A DNA stretch of 64,000 bases from contig OY759599.1 of assembly GCA_963662465.1 (NCBI GenBank), positions 6,080,001-6,144,000 on the forward strand. Reading direction: 5' to 3'. The notes below the pieces were generated by a model that saw nothing but the letters and a program-made list of their open reading frames with translations, was not told the origin of the DNA and did no database searches. Positions 53,022 through 63,715 of the stretch are shown here, one piece after another. The position numbers were made by a program, and so were the translations under genes. Position 1 is the stretch's first letter. Every line of letters begins with the position of its first letter. Source of the stretch: Desulfatiglandales bacterium (GTDB taxonomy: Bacteria > Desulfobacterota > DSM-4660 > Desulfatiglandales > Desulfatiglandaceae).

Positions 53022-53327
53022 CAAATTTGCACTTGTTCCGTTTCAAGCATTATAGGTGCATGACCATGAAACTGGAGATTACTAGAAAAAAAGATTTTGT
53101 TTCCTCGTCACCTCCTTTCTGTGAAAATTCGGACAGAGACAACATAAAAGGTCAACTCTTTTTCCCTCTACGGAAATGAGCTTAAAAAATTAGGAAAAGT
53201 AGGGGTAAGCACTCTGCTACCCAAATGAAACAACCTCAAAATCTTGGGGTAGTAGATGAATGATCTGTCACGCATCAAGTCCGTTTTTCGCATTCGATTT
53301 CCTGCCTTACTTGTTCTTGCCGAGGGG

Positions 53328-53350
53328 GCACAACATATATTGTACGGAAA
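53328..53350 (-). promoter_or_regulatory. Putative integron attI site
   Basis: Minus strand TTCCGTACAATATAT-GTTGTGC, with a GTT core about 200 bp upstream of and divergent from intI. Confidence 0.5.
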
Positions 53351-53541
53351 AAATATATTACCGATAACTGCTGTAAAAAATTATCCCATTATATCAATAA
53401 CCTAATACATAGGCCTCAGTCCTTTCAAGAAAATAGTTAACAAAATAAAAAGGTTATGATAAACTTTCTCCTGATAATATAATAATTCCGCATAGTATAA
53501 AGCGTAAACCATAGGCTAACCAATTGAACTGGATAAGCTTT

Positions 53542-54738
53542 ATGAATAAAAAAAGTCAAGACAACTCGATGGCTGTTCAAAGGTTTTGGGATGCGTTTAA
53601 GGCCTGTGTGGAGGAGAACCGGGTGAGGTCTGACCGTTCGACTTTTTATGTCAAATGGGCGCAGGCCTTTGTTAATTTCCTGCCTGGAAAACGATTGCGT
53701 GAACGCTCCCGGCAGGATATTGAGGGTTTCCTTGCTGAGCTGGCCAAACGCCCCGCCGTTAAGGACTGGCAGGTGAGGCAAGCTGAGCATGCCGTGAAGA
53801 TTCTTTATGAGACGTTCCTTCCCGGTTATTCTCCGGAAACCGCGGCTAACCCGGCGGTAAAGATGGAAGAAAAGAAAACTGCCGCATGTTTTCCTGTCAA
53901 GAGGGCAGGGCGCTTCCGCGACCGGGTGGTTCCCGGTGAGGTTGAACGGCTTTTCGCTCCCTTGATAGATGCACTGAAGGCCGAGATTCGCAGCCGCCAT
54001 TACTCGATCCGTACGGAGACGGCCTATGCGGACTGGGTCAGGCGTTTCATCGCTTTTCAGGAATATGCCGACCCGAGGCGGATCGATGCGACCGCCGCAG
54101 TGAAAGATTATCTGGAATACCTTGCGATAGTGAGGGAGGTGGCCGCCAGCACCCAGAACCAAGTGCTCAATGCACTGGTGTTTTTTTATGCGCATGCATT
54201 GAAAATGCCCTTCGGAGACATGGGTGGGTTTGTGAGGGCCAAGCGTCCTCAGCGGCTGCCCGAAGTGATGACCCGAGAAGAAGTTCAAGCCCTTCTTAGT
54301 GAGATGGAAGGCGTGAGCGCCCTGATGGCTGGTTTGATGTATGGTGGCGGTTTCCGGCTCATGGAGTGTGTTCGGCTCAGGGTCAAAGACGTTGATTTTG
54401 ACCGCCATCAGATTATGGTGCGTGACGGCAAGGGGCAAAAGGACAGGGTAACCATGCTCCCGGAGCGCTTTGTCCCACCGCTACGAGACCATCTTGCCAG
54501 GGTGAAGGTGATGTATGAAAAGGACCGGGCCAAGGGAATTCCCGGGGTTTTTCTCTGGCCGGCGTTGGCTCGCAAATATCCAAAGGCGGCATCTGAATGG
54601 CGGTGGCAGTACGTATTTCCCGCCAAGGGCCTTTCCGTAGATCCTCGAAGCGGGACTGTCCGATCTTTTGATAGAGAAAAGGTTATGAACTGCCGTGGAG
54701 TCGTAAGCTTTCCGGATCTGATGCGATACAATCCATGA
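53542..54738 (+). pseudogene. intI: Integron integrase, 3'-truncated
   Basis: HYSIRTETAY..W, VAASTQNQ..NAL, G.RL.EC..LRVKD, GKGQKDR and the IntI-specific patch (ALARKYP..W.WQYVFP..DPRSG). Homology stops at about 54663, before HxLRH and the catalytic Tyr. Confidence 0.9.
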
Positions 54739-54820
54739 TGACGAAGGGAGCGTTGACCGTTACGTCCTTCCACGGAAGAACCGGCATGGCGGCACCCGTG
54801 GGAAATGGAGTCAAAGCCCT

Positions 54821-56644
54821 TTGAAGCCAATCTTCTTTATCTTTTCCCTGGCGATTGTGGCGGGGCTTCTGATCTTTAAGGAAAACCGCATAGAGCGCCC
54901 TGAAACGTTTTACGGGGAAGGGTGCCTGTTTTGTCACAACACCATGTCGGATTCCGACCGTTCCCATCCGGTATCTGCTTTTGGATGCAGTTCCTGCCAT
55001 ATGGGCAATGCCTATTCTCTGGACGAAAAAAGGGCGCATGCCACCCTGATTAAAAACCCGGGAGATCTTCGGGTGGTCGAATCGACCTGCGGCAAAACCG
55101 GTTGTCACGGAGAGATCGTAGGGCGCGTAAAAAAAAGCCTTATGGCCACCAACAGGGGGATTCTTAAAATTATTCAGGATGAATGGGGAAACAAACAAAA
55201 GGAGTCCCCTGTGTCGGCAATGCCTTTAGGCGTGAAGGATCTATATGGAAGGTATTCACCGCAAAATCTCCCCCTGGATCTTTACCGCAAAATGTGCGGC
55301 GGGTGTCATTTATGGAAAGAGAAGGAGGATCAAAAAGGCGAGGTGGGCAAAAGGGGCGGCGGATGCAGCGATTGTCACGTGGTGGATGAGGACAAGGTGA
55401 AAGGTCCAAAAGGTCTCCTGATCCACCACCCCCGGATGACCACAAGAATCCCTTCGGAAAACTGCGTCAAATGCCATAACCGATCCGAGAGGATCGGATT
55501 ATCCTATTTCGGGAAATTTGAGTCGGCAGGGTATGGTACGCCCTATGAGGGCGACGGGTTGAGCAGCAGGCGGCTTTCGGGCAGGCGTTTCTTCCTTGAT
55601 CTTCCGGCGGATGTCCATTTTCACCAGGGAAAAATGGTCTGCATCGATTGCCATACAGCAGTTGGGTTGATGGGAGACGGCCATCGGTATGACAGGATGG
55701 CGGATCAGGTGGACATTACCTGTGAGGCATGCCATTCGCCTCGGTTTGAGGCGAGCCCGACTCCCGGATCCCTGACCCTGGCAAACCGGTTGGGCTTTCT
55801 GAACGGAAAAATACCTGATCCTGAAAAAAGCCCCATTGGTTTTACCCGAAAAGGAACCCCCCTTTACAATCTCCAAAAGGTTGATGGCAAACCCGTTTTT
55901 TACCGGAAAATGGATGGCAGACCTTTGAAAATGCAGCTAAATACTGATTTAAAAAAAGCCCATCACAACCTGAAAGGTCATGAACGGCTTTCCTGCCAGG
56001 CTTGCCACAGCGCCTGGATCCCCCAGTGTTATGGATGCCATTTGACCTACCGAAAATCAGAGTCGCAGAAAGACTGGATCAGCGGGAAGAAAACGCTTGG
56101 CCACTGGAAAGAGGCCCGTTCCTATTTGCGGTTTGATAAGCCCACCCTGGGACCTCGGGGTGATGGCCGCATTTATCCCCTCTCTCCCTGCCAGGTGTTT
56201 TTTTCCGCCTTTGGCGACGGCGGTCAATTTTTAAAGGCCCAATCCTTTATAAACCTCAACCTGTCGGCATTTGATCCTCATACCACGCAAAAAAGATCAC
56301 GCACCTGCATCGATTGCCACACAGACCCCAAAACCATCGGACTGGGTGAGGGCATTCTTCACCAAAACGGGAGTAAGCGAATCTTTCGGCCTACGCACGA
56401 TGCCGCAGCCGACGGACTGGATCTCAATTTTCCACTGGATGGTTTGGTAAACCTGGAAGGAAAACCCCTTCAAGGGGGGGCAAAAAACGGTGTCAGGCCC
56501 TTTAACCTGAAGGAAATCGATCGAATCCTCTGGGTGGCGCCCTGTCTGGGATGCCACAGCGCCTATGAGGACGGGATTTACCATGATTTCCAGAAATCCA
56601 TGAACCGGTTTGAAACGGAGCAGGGATTGCTATGTTTGAAGTAA
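54821..56644 (+). CDS. Multiheme c-type cytochrome (11 CxxCH plus 1 CX4CH)
   Basis: N-terminal hydrophobic anchor and motif count from the translation. Confidence 0.88.
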   Translation: MKPIFFIFSLAIVAGLLIFKENRIERPETFYGEGCLFCHNTMSDSDRSHPVSAFGCSSCHMGNAYSLDEKRAHATLIKNPGDLRVVESTCGKTGCHGEIVGRVKKSLMATNRGILKIIQDEWGNKQKESPVSAMPLGVKDLYGRYSPQNLPLDLYRKMCGGCHLWKEKEDQKGEVGKRGGGCSDCHVVDEDKVKGPKGLLIHHPRMTTRIPSENCVKCHNRSERIGLSYFGKFESAGYGTPYEGDGLSSRRLSGRRFFLDLPADVHFHQGKMVCIDCHTAVGLMGDGHRYDRMADQVDITCEACHSPRFEASPTPGSLTLANRLGFLNGKIPDPEKSPIGFTRKGTPLYNLQKVDGKPVFYRKMDGRPLKMQLNTDLKKAHHNLKGHERLSCQACHSAWIPQCYGCHLTYRKSESQKDWISGKKTLGHWKEARSYLRFDKPTLGPRGDGRIYPLSPCQVFFSAFGDGGQFLKAQSFINLNLSAFDPHTTQKRSRTCIDCHTDPKTIGLGEGILHQNGSKRIFRPTHDAAADGLDLNFPLDGLVNLEGKPLQGGAKNGVRPFNLKEIDRILWVAPCLGCHSAYEDGIYHDFQKSMNRFETEQGLLCLK

Positions 56645-58416
56645 GCCTACGCATGGTTCTGTTTTTTTTCAGACGTTGTCCGGTGGTGGCTATGTGCTTC
56701 TGCTTTCTGTTGGCGCCGCCTCTAAAAAACATTTCCGCATCGGAAGAAGGTTTAAAAAAACGCGACTTTAGAAACTGTACCGCGTGTCACGAGGGAATCG
56801 AGGTTATCAGTCCCAATCATCCCTTCGCCTGTGCCGCATGTCATTTGTTTCCGAAGGATCGGCAAGACAAACCCCTCAACAATCACCAGGCCATTGTGCG
56901 CAACCCTTCCGATCCCTTGATTGTGCGTCAGTTCTGCTTTCCCTGCCACAAAAAGGAAGTCGTAAAACTCGAACATTCTTTGCACGGGTCTATGGCCGGC
57001 ATCATCAACCAGACGCGATTTTTATGGGGCGCTCAGGAAACGGCCGCACCGGCGATCTATGGCATTAAAGGCCCCTTTAAACCGCTTCCGGCCCCTGACA
57101 TTTCCCACGTCCCTGAAACGCCGGAAAACCTCGTGGACGATTTTCTGCGAAGGCGTTGCCTGAGATGCCACATCCATACCCGGGGGCCCGGGGGTCCCGG
57201 TCTTTACCGCGCCACCGGGTGCGCCGCATGTCACATGCCCTATCGTGATGATGGCTGTTACCGGGGAAAGGATGCCGCCATTTCAAAATCAAAGGCCGGA
57301 TATCCACTCAAGCACACGTGGACGAAACGGATTCCCGACGAACAGTGTCTCCACTGTCACCGCCAAAACCATGTGGGCGCTGACTATCACGGACTTTTTG
57401 AGCATGATTACCACAACGTTTTCCGGTTGCCCCCGATTCAAGGGAAGCTGAAACCCATAACCCATGGATTGGATTATCACCATCTGGCTGAGGACGTGCA
57501 TGCTGAAAGGGGTCTCTGGTGTATCGATTGCCACACGCAAACGGATGTCATGGGAAACGGGATTTCCTATAGCTATGAAATGGAAGTGCCAAAACGTTCC
57601 TGCGAGGATTGTCACGGGGGTTTTGGCAGCCATTTGCCCAACCGATCCATTGGCGCCATTACCGAGGAACCCGGCGGGTTTTATTTTGTTTCAAAGGATT
57701 CCGGCAGGAAACATCCGCTGCCGTTGTTTTCTCCTACCTCCGCCGCCCACCGTATCGCCGCCCACAAAAGCGTTCGTTGCAGCGCCTGTCATGCTCAGTG
57801 GTCCTTCCAGGATTATGGTTTGAGCGTTATGCGTGAAGAGATCATTCAGGACTACAAATGGATGGATCTAACGGCTCAGGGAGACCGGAAAATCGAAAAG
57901 GAACTGAAAAAGCACGTTGAAAATGATGTGATCGGTTATCCGGAGTCAATGGACTATCTATCAGGGGGAAAAAAACCGGGGATATGGTCCATGGGCTGGA
58001 GATTCAGGCGGTGGGAACCCATGCCCCTGGGAGTGGATCATACGGGACGCTTTGCCATTCTGAGGCCCCGCTATCAATATCTGATTTCCACCGTAAATCG
58101 CCTGGGCCATGTGTCTCTTGACAGCATCAGTCCTAAAAGAGGGGACGGAAGCGGACAGGGATGGGCATACATGCCCTACGTCCCCCATACCATCGCCCCT
58201 TTCGGGCAAAAGTGCCTTTCCTGCCACCAGAACCGGATTGCAGCGGGATTGGGTCCGGTGGAAACGCCAACCATGGATACCGGCCTGACCCTTCCGTCTC
58301 TACCGGCAGTTAAAACCATGCGCTTGTTGAACCCCGAAGAACGGAAGCGTTTGTCTCAGCCTGGGGCAAACTGGCACAGGGAAAGGTTGAGAACCTTGAG
58401 GGATGACCCTGAATGA
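56632..58416 (+). CDS. Multiheme c-type cytochrome (10 CxxCH)
   Basis: Signal-like N-terminus, motif count, and overlap with the upstream cytochrome gene. Confidence 0.88.
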   Translation: MFEVSLRMVLFFFRRCPVVAMCFCFLLAPPLKNISASEEGLKKRDFRNCTACHEGIEVISPNHPFACAACHLFPKDRQDKPLNNHQAIVRNPSDPLIVRQFCFPCHKKEVVKLEHSLHGSMAGIINQTRFLWGAQETAAPAIYGIKGPFKPLPAPDISHVPETPENLVDDFLRRRCLRCHIHTRGPGGPGLYRATGCAACHMPYRDDGCYRGKDAAISKSKAGYPLKHTWTKRIPDEQCLHCHRQNHVGADYHGLFEHDYHNVFRLPPIQGKLKPITHGLDYHHLAEDVHAERGLWCIDCHTQTDVMGNGISYSYEMEVPKRSCEDCHGGFGSHLPNRSIGAITEEPGGFYFVSKDSGRKHPLPLFSPTSAAHRIAAHKSVRCSACHAQWSFQDYGLSVMREEIIQDYKWMDLTAQGDRKIEKELKKHVENDVIGYPESMDYLSGGKKPGIWSMGWRFRRWEPMPLGVDHTGRFAILRPRYQYLISTVNRLGHVSLDSISPKRGDGSGQGWAYMPYVPHTIAPFGQKCLSCHQNRIAAGLGPVETPTMDTGLTLPSLPAVKTMRLLNPEERKRLSQPGANWHRERLRTLRDDPE

Positions 58417-58450
58417 AAGTTTTCCCCGAAAAAATTTCCCTGAAAAAACA

Positions 58451-59365
58451 TTAGTAGGAAAGCTGGAAGTGTAAATTTTTCCCTTCCCGGTTAATCTGAA
58501 CGTTGGCGCCGGCGGATAAGATATTCAGGTTGAGCCTACATTCCTGATCGTCGTAGTCGTCCGTTATATAACCCTGGGAAGAGACGTCTTGTACATTCTC
58601 CCATCCTGCCCCCGCCAATTCAACAGGCCGGTTCTCCGGATGGTGAACAACCCGGGCGCCCGCTGTCGCGGGCAAGCTGATTCTTGCGCCGCTGCCGGTC
58701 AGGTTAAAATCCGCATTGTAATCACCAGCCGGGTAAGCGCCTTTAAAATCGAGATCAACGCTACTCCCAACGGTGTTTAATCGAAACTTTTCAAAATTGG
58801 TATTTCCAATGTTGTCGAATGTAAAGAAACTGCCCTCACATGATAACGCCAGGTTTTGCACACTGAAAAGCGTGGGAGAGCTGAAATCCAGGGTTGCGCT
58901 TGCGCCTTTTAAATTCAAGATAAGGGTTCCCAGGGGCATTCCCCCTAAATCCATTTTTGTTTGAACCCCGCTCAACTCCAGGAGCAGATTGGTTTCCAGG
59001 TCATATCTTCCGATTTGAATCTCCCAATCGTGCAAGGGATTCGCCATATCCGGCACCGAAACATCGCCCGATGAAAAACCCACCGAAAAGGCGCTCCCCG
59101 AAAAACTTTCAGCGACTATGGGGGCAAGCGCCTGACTGTCGTATCTAACCAGAACCTTCACAATGAAGGTGGTATCCTCGGACAGGGTGAATGTAACCCT
59201 GGCATTACTGATGTTGAAACGCAAATTCAACTGATCGGCGCCGTCGGAAAGGATGGGATCAGGCCGTACCACAAATTCCTGCTCGTAAGGGGCCGCATGA
59301 ATAAAAGAGCCGTTAAGAAGGAGGCAACTCATAAACAGACCCATGATGATGGTGATTTTTCTCAT
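58451..59365 (-). CDS. Secreted hypothetical protein (beta-solenoid/'toast-rack'-like)
   Basis: Signal peptide ending IHA-AP and alternating L-x-L beta repeats. Confidence 0.7.
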   Translation of the reverse strand: MRKITIIMGLFMSCLLLNGSFIHAAPYEQEFVVRPDPILSDGADQLNLRFNISNARVTFTLSEDTTFIVKVLVRYDSQALAPIVAESFSGSAFSVGFSSGDVSVPDMANPLHDWEIQIGRYDLETNLLLELSGVQTKMDLGGMPLGTLILNLKGASATLDFSSPTLFSVQNLALSCEGSFFTFDNIGNTNFEKFRLNTVGSSVDLDFKGAYPAGDYNADFNLTGSGARISLPATAGARVVHHPENRPVELAGAGWENVQDVSSQGYITDDYDDQECRLNLNILSAGANVQINREGKNLHFQLSY

Positions 59366-59420
59366 AAGCACAACACACAGTGGTTTGAAACGGGAAGGAA
59401 GAACTCTATGGGGTGTAAAA

Positions 59421-59494
59421 TGGCTGGGGGACGAGGATTCGAACCTCGGTCAATGGGACCAGAACCCACCGTATTGCCCCTATACGATCCCCCA
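59421..59494 (-). tRNA. tRNA-Gln (CTG)
   Basis: TGGGGGATCGTATAGGGGCAATAC...TT-CTG-GT...GGTTCGAATCC...CCCCCAGCCA. Confidence 0.95.
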
Positions 59495-59580
59495 GCGGAA
59501 AAAACCTTTTTACCATGTTTTTCGGAAAAGTCAAGCCAAAAAAATCGGTAAATAAAAATCCCCGAGGCTTGAAAACTGAC

Positions 59581-60567
59581 CTATGGGCTCACCTTCCAGC
59601 ACCTCACCCAGTGGTCGTCGTTAAAACGGGTAAACGGAATGTCTTCTGCCCTGCACCTTTCTTCCACCCTGGGACATCTTCCCTGAAATTTACACCCCGG
59701 CGGCGGATCCAGAGGGCTCGGGACATCTCCGCCAAGGGGTGTAAATGCCGTAGTGCGATTGACGTCAATTTTCGGAATAGCGGAAAGAAGAGCGAGGGTG
59801 TAGGGGTGAAGGGGGGTTTCAAAAAGATCATCGGTTTTGGCGTACTCCATGATGTGCCCCAGGTACATGACGGCCACCCGGTCGCTCAGATAGCCCACCA
59901 CATTGAGATCATGGGAAATAAAGAGATAGCTGAGATCCAATTGTTCCTGAAGGTCTTTCAGCAGATTGATGATCTGGGCCTGTATGGACACATCCAGGGC
60001 CGAAACCGGTTCATCGCAGACAATCAGGGAGGGGTTTACACTCAGAGACCGGGCAACCCCCACCCGCTGGCGTTGGCCTCCGCTGAATTCATGGGGAAAT
60101 CGGTCTGCGCTGCCGGGCCAGATGCCCACCATTTCCAGTAATTCATCTCGCCGGTTTTTTCGCATGCCCCGTGAAAGGCCTATGCAACGAAGTCCCTCGT
60201 CAATGGTCTGGCCAATGGTCATTCGAGGATTGAGAGAGCCATAGGGATCCTGAAAGATAATCTGGATTTCTTTCCTGAAGGGCTGTATTTCTTTTGCGGA
60301 AAGGCGGCTGATGTCTCGACCCTTGTAGATAATTTTTCCGGTGTCGGATTCCAGCAGTTTGAGTATCAGACGCCCTACCGTTGACTTGCCGCATCCGCTT
60401 TCACCCACAAGCCCCAGACTTTTCCCCGGTTCAATTTCAAAGTCCACCCCGTCCACGGCTTTGACCTGGGCTGTGACCCGCTGAAAAAAACCCCTGGTTA
60501 CGGGAAAGTATTTTTTGAGACCTTCCACTTTCAGGGTCAATGAATTGTTCTTGCCTGTTTCCGTCAT
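59581..60567 (-). CDS. Oligopeptide/dipeptide ABC ATP-binding protein (OppF/DppF-like)
   Basis: GESGCGKS, FSGGQRQR, DEPVSALD, HPYT and C-terminal Cys motif. Confidence 0.95.
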   Translation of the reverse strand: MTETGKNNSLTLKVEGLKKYFPVTRGFFQRVTAQVKAVDGVDFEIEPGKSLGLVGESGCGKSTVGRLILKLLESDTGKIIYKGRDISRLSAKEIQPFRKEIQIIFQDPYGSLNPRMTIGQTIDEGLRCIGLSRGMRKNRRDELLEMVGIWPGSADRFPHEFSGGQRQRVGVARSLSVNPSLIVCDEPVSALDVSIQAQIINLLKDLQEQLDLSYLFISHDLNVVGYLSDRVAVMYLGHIMEYAKTDDLFETPLHPYTLALLSAIPKIDVNRTTAFTPLGGDVPSPLDPPPGCKFQGRCPRVEERCRAEDIPFTRFNDDHWVRCWKVSP

Positions 60568-60578
60568 TATTTATTTCT

Positions 60579-61571
60579 CTAACCGTTCAACACCGGGCAC
60601 CGACTCCAATGCCCTTTTCCCAGGTGCATGATTTCGGGAAGCGTGATCCCGCACCCCTTTACCGCATGGGAACACCTGGGATGAAAAGGACATCCTTCCG
60701 GCTTATAGGCGGGATTGGGTACGGCGCCTGGAATGGTATGAAGTCGCCGGTCCCGCTTGCTCCGGTTGGGAAGTGAGGCCAGCAACCCCCGGGTATAGGG
60801 GTGACCCGGGTTTCCGAAAACCTGGTCGACATTTCCCTGCTCCACGATCAATCCCGCATACATGACGTACACGCGATCCGCAATACTCGACACCACGCCG
60901 AGATCATGGGTGATATACAGGATGGACATGGATGCCCGTTCCTGAATGGATTTCATCAGGTTCAGAATCTGCGCCTGGACGGTGACATCCAGGGCCGTGG
61001 TGGGTTCGTCGGCAATGATGACATCCGGATTGCAGCTAAGGGCCATTGCAATCATGACCCTTTGCCGCTGTCCCCCGCTCAACTGGTGGGGATAATCCTT
61101 CAACCGTTGTTCCGGAGATGGGATCCCCATGTCCTTCAGCAGCTGAATGCATCTGTCGGAAAGTTCCTCCCGGCCAATCCTTTCATGGGTACGGATGGCT
61201 TCGCCGATCTGGTCGCCGATGGTAAAAACCGGATTCAGGGAAGTGAGTGGTTCCTGAAAAACCATAGCGATCTGGTTGCCCCGAATTTTCTGCATGGCGG
61301 CATCATCAAAGTGCAGGATGTCCTCACCTTTAAAAATAATGCGACCGCCTACAATCTTTCCGGGAGGACTGGGAACCAACCCCAACACGGACAGTGCAGA
61401 TACCGTCTTTCCACAGCCCGATTCCCCCACCAGGCAGACCGTCTCCCCGGCATGAATTTGGTAGCTCACCCCATCCACGGCCCGTGAGATTTTATCCCGG
61501 CCGTAAAAATAGATTTTCAGCGCTTCGATTGAAAGCAATGGGTTTTCAAGATTCATCAATTCAGATTCCAA
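60579..61571 (-). CDS. Oligopeptide/dipeptide ABC ATP-binding protein (OppD/DppD-like)
   Basis: [25 protein letters not shown]. Confidence 0.95.
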   Translation of the reverse strand: MESELMNLENPLLSIEALKIYFYGRDKISRAVDGVSYQIHAGETVCLVGESGCGKTVSALSVLGLVPSPPGKIVGGRIIFKGEDILHFDDAAMQKIRGNQIAMVFQEPLTSLNPVFTIGDQIGEAIRTHERIGREELSDRCIQLLKDMGIPSPEQRLKDYPHQLSGGQRQRVMIAMALSCNPDVIIADEPTTALDVTVQAQILNLMKSIQERASMSILYITHDLGVVSSIADRVYVMYAGLIVEQGNVDQVFGNPGHPYTRGLLASLPNRSKRDRRLHTIPGAVPNPAYKPEGCPFHPRCSHAVKGCGITLPEIMHLGKGHWSRCPVLNG

Positions 61572-61588
61572 AATTCAAAGTGGCGGCG

Positions 61589-62743
61589 CTATTCTTGTCG
61601 TAATTTCGGGTTCAAAGCATCCTTCAAGCCCTCACCGAAAAGGTTAAAACAAAGCACCACAATCAAAATCGCCACGCCCGGAACAAAGGTTAGCCAGGGG
61701 GCATCAAAGATGAAGCGCTTACCGTCGGAAAGGATATTTCCCCAGGTGGCATACGGGGGGGGGACGCCGAATCCCAGGAAACTCAGTCCCGCCTCGGTCA
61801 ATATGGCCGTGGCGATGCCGATGGTGGAGGACACCAGAACCGGGGCAATGGCGTTGGGCATCATGTGGCGAAAGATAATGCGAAAATTGCCCACCCCCAG
61901 GGCTCTGGCGGCACTGACAAAATCCTGTTCCCTGAGGGACAAAAACTCGGCCCGTACAAACCGGGTGGTTCCCATCCAGCTGGTTAAACCGATGACCATC
62001 ATGATATTGTAGATGCTGGCGGGCAGCAGGGCCACCACCGTGAGGATCAGGAAAAAGCTAGGGAAACAGAGCATGATGTCCACCAGCCGCATGATGAGGG
62101 TGTCAACGGAAAATGCATCGATTCGAAGAAAGGCTGGAACGAAAGTTCTATTTTTGAAGCGGGCTATCAGCGATAACATGATGCTGAAAATCCCTGCCGC
62201 AAACAGGCCGCCTCCGAACCTGGCCCACCCGACGAAAAAAAAGATGCCGCCCGCTGATAGAAGCAATACCGTCAGGAGTTGATCATAGCGAACTGCGCCC
62301 TGGCCGAAATAGCCCGCAAGTCCGCCCATGAAGATGCCTACGATTACGGCGATGCCCACGGCCACAAACCCCACCGTCAGGGAAACCCAGGCGCCTTGCA
62401 GCATCCTTGAAAACACATCCCGGCCCAGGTCATCAGTTCCCAAAAGGTAAATGCCGAAGGTGGGAACCTCATGGGCATGCAGGGTCTCAAGGTTGGGTCG
62501 GCTCAAGGGGGGGAGTAGTTTTTCCTGAAGCCGAACCAGGGCCGGATCAAACACCGGGTCCTGCCCGGAAGTCAAAACAACCCCTGCCACGGCGGTCATA
62601 AAGAAGCACAGGAAAATCACCAGTCCCACAATGGCCAACCGGTTTTGCTTGAACAATTGAAGACCTTCCGCAAATCTTCCGCGTTTCGGCGCCTGGGGCG
62701 CATCCAGCATTTCCATATTTCCCGTCATGGCGTCATGGGTCAT
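61589..62743 (-). CDS. Peptide ABC permease (OppC/DppC-like)
   Basis: LGTDDLGRDVFSR, EAA-type loop (FVSAARALG), EAGLSFLG. Confidence 0.93.
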   Translation of the reverse strand: MTHDAMTGNMEMLDAPQAPKRGRFAEGLQLFKQNRLAIVGLVIFLCFFMTAVAGVVLTSGQDPVFDPALVRLQEKLLPPLSRPNLETLHAHEVPTFGIYLLGTDDLGRDVFSRMLQGAWVSLTVGFVAVGIAVIVGIFMGGLAGYFGQGAVRYDQLLTVLLLSAGGIFFFVGWARFGGGLFAAGIFSIMLSLIARFKNRTFVPAFLRIDAFSVDTLIMRLVDIMLCFPSFFLILTVVALLPASIYNIMMVIGLTSWMGTTRFVRAEFLSLREQDFVSAARALGVGNFRIIFRHMMPNAIAPVLVSSTIGIATAILTEAGLSFLGFGVPPPYATWGNILSDGKRFIFDAPWLTFVPGVAILIVVLCFNLFGEGLKDALNPKLRQE

Positions 62744-62746
62744 GGG

Positions 62747-63706
62747 TTAAAGCCTTATCCTCGGGTCCACCACCAGGTAGAGGAGATCCGAAATAAAGGT
62801 TCCCACCAGAACCAGTACCGCCGACAGAAAATTAACGGTCAGAATGATGGGATAGTCCCTGGCCAGAATCGCCTCATAGGCCATTCTTCCCATGCCCGGC
62901 CAGGAAAAAATGGATTCGATAATGACGGATCCCCCGATGAGACCGGGCAGAATCAACCCAAACATGGTCACAAAGGGCAACAGCGCATTTCGAAGGGCAT
63001 GTTTATAGTGGACTTCGTCAGGCGGCAGCCCTTTGGCCCTGGCCGTCCGCACATAGTCCTGGCCTTCCACTTCAAGCATCTGGCTTCGCACATACCGTGA
63101 GAGGACCGCAATGCCGCCGGTGGCGCCCAGAAGGGAAGGTATCAGAAGATGCCAGATGCGATCCATGAATAGATTGGGCCAGGGCGCATTCCCCATGCCG
63201 AAGGTCTCCATGCCGATTACCGGCACATGAAAAACGGTGACCACCAGAATAATCAGGATATAGGCAAAAAAGAAACCGGGGATTGAAATGAGAAAATAGG
63301 AGAAAAACGTGGCGCCGCGGTCATAAAGCCCTCCTCTATGGATGGCGGATCGAATGCCCACCGGAAAAGAAAGGGTCCAGGTCAGAAGGGTCCCCACGAT
63401 AAACAGGGGAAGGCTGTTTAAAAACCGCTCCCAGATTTTGCTGAGTACCGACTGATTGTCTTTCCAGGAAACAATCCTTCCCGTAAAAAGATCCCGGTAA
63501 AAATAGATATACTGAACATATAAAGGCTCATCCAGATGAAATTCCTTCTGAAATCTTTCCACCATTTCCGGGGTGAATTTCGGATTCATGGGATCGATCT
63601 GGCTGGGTTCCCCCGGCGCCAGATGAATAATCAGAAATGACGCCACGGACACGAAAAAAAGCGTAATGATTTTTTGAACGATACTCCGTCCGACAAATGA
63701 AAACAT
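62747..63706 (-). CDS. Peptide ABC permease (OppB/DppB-like)
   Basis: HLAPG.P, DYVRTARAKGL, HALRNA, IESIFSWPGMG. Confidence 0.94.
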   Translation of the reverse strand: MFSFVGRSIVQKIITLFFVSVASFLIIHLAPGEPSQIDPMNPKFTPEMVERFQKEFHLDEPLYVQYIYFYRDLFTGRIVSWKDNQSVLSKIWERFLNSLPLFIVGTLLTWTLSFPVGIRSAIHRGGLYDRGATFFSYFLISIPGFFFAYILIILVVTVFHVPVIGMETFGMGNAPWPNLFMDRIWHLLIPSLLGATGGIAVLSRYVRSQMLEVEGQDYVRTARAKGLPPDEVHYKHALRNALLPFVTMFGLILPGLIGGSVIIESIFSWPGMGRMAYEAILARDYPIILTVNFLSAVLVLVGTFISDLLYLVVDPRIRL

Positions 63707-63715
63707 GAGAAGCGT

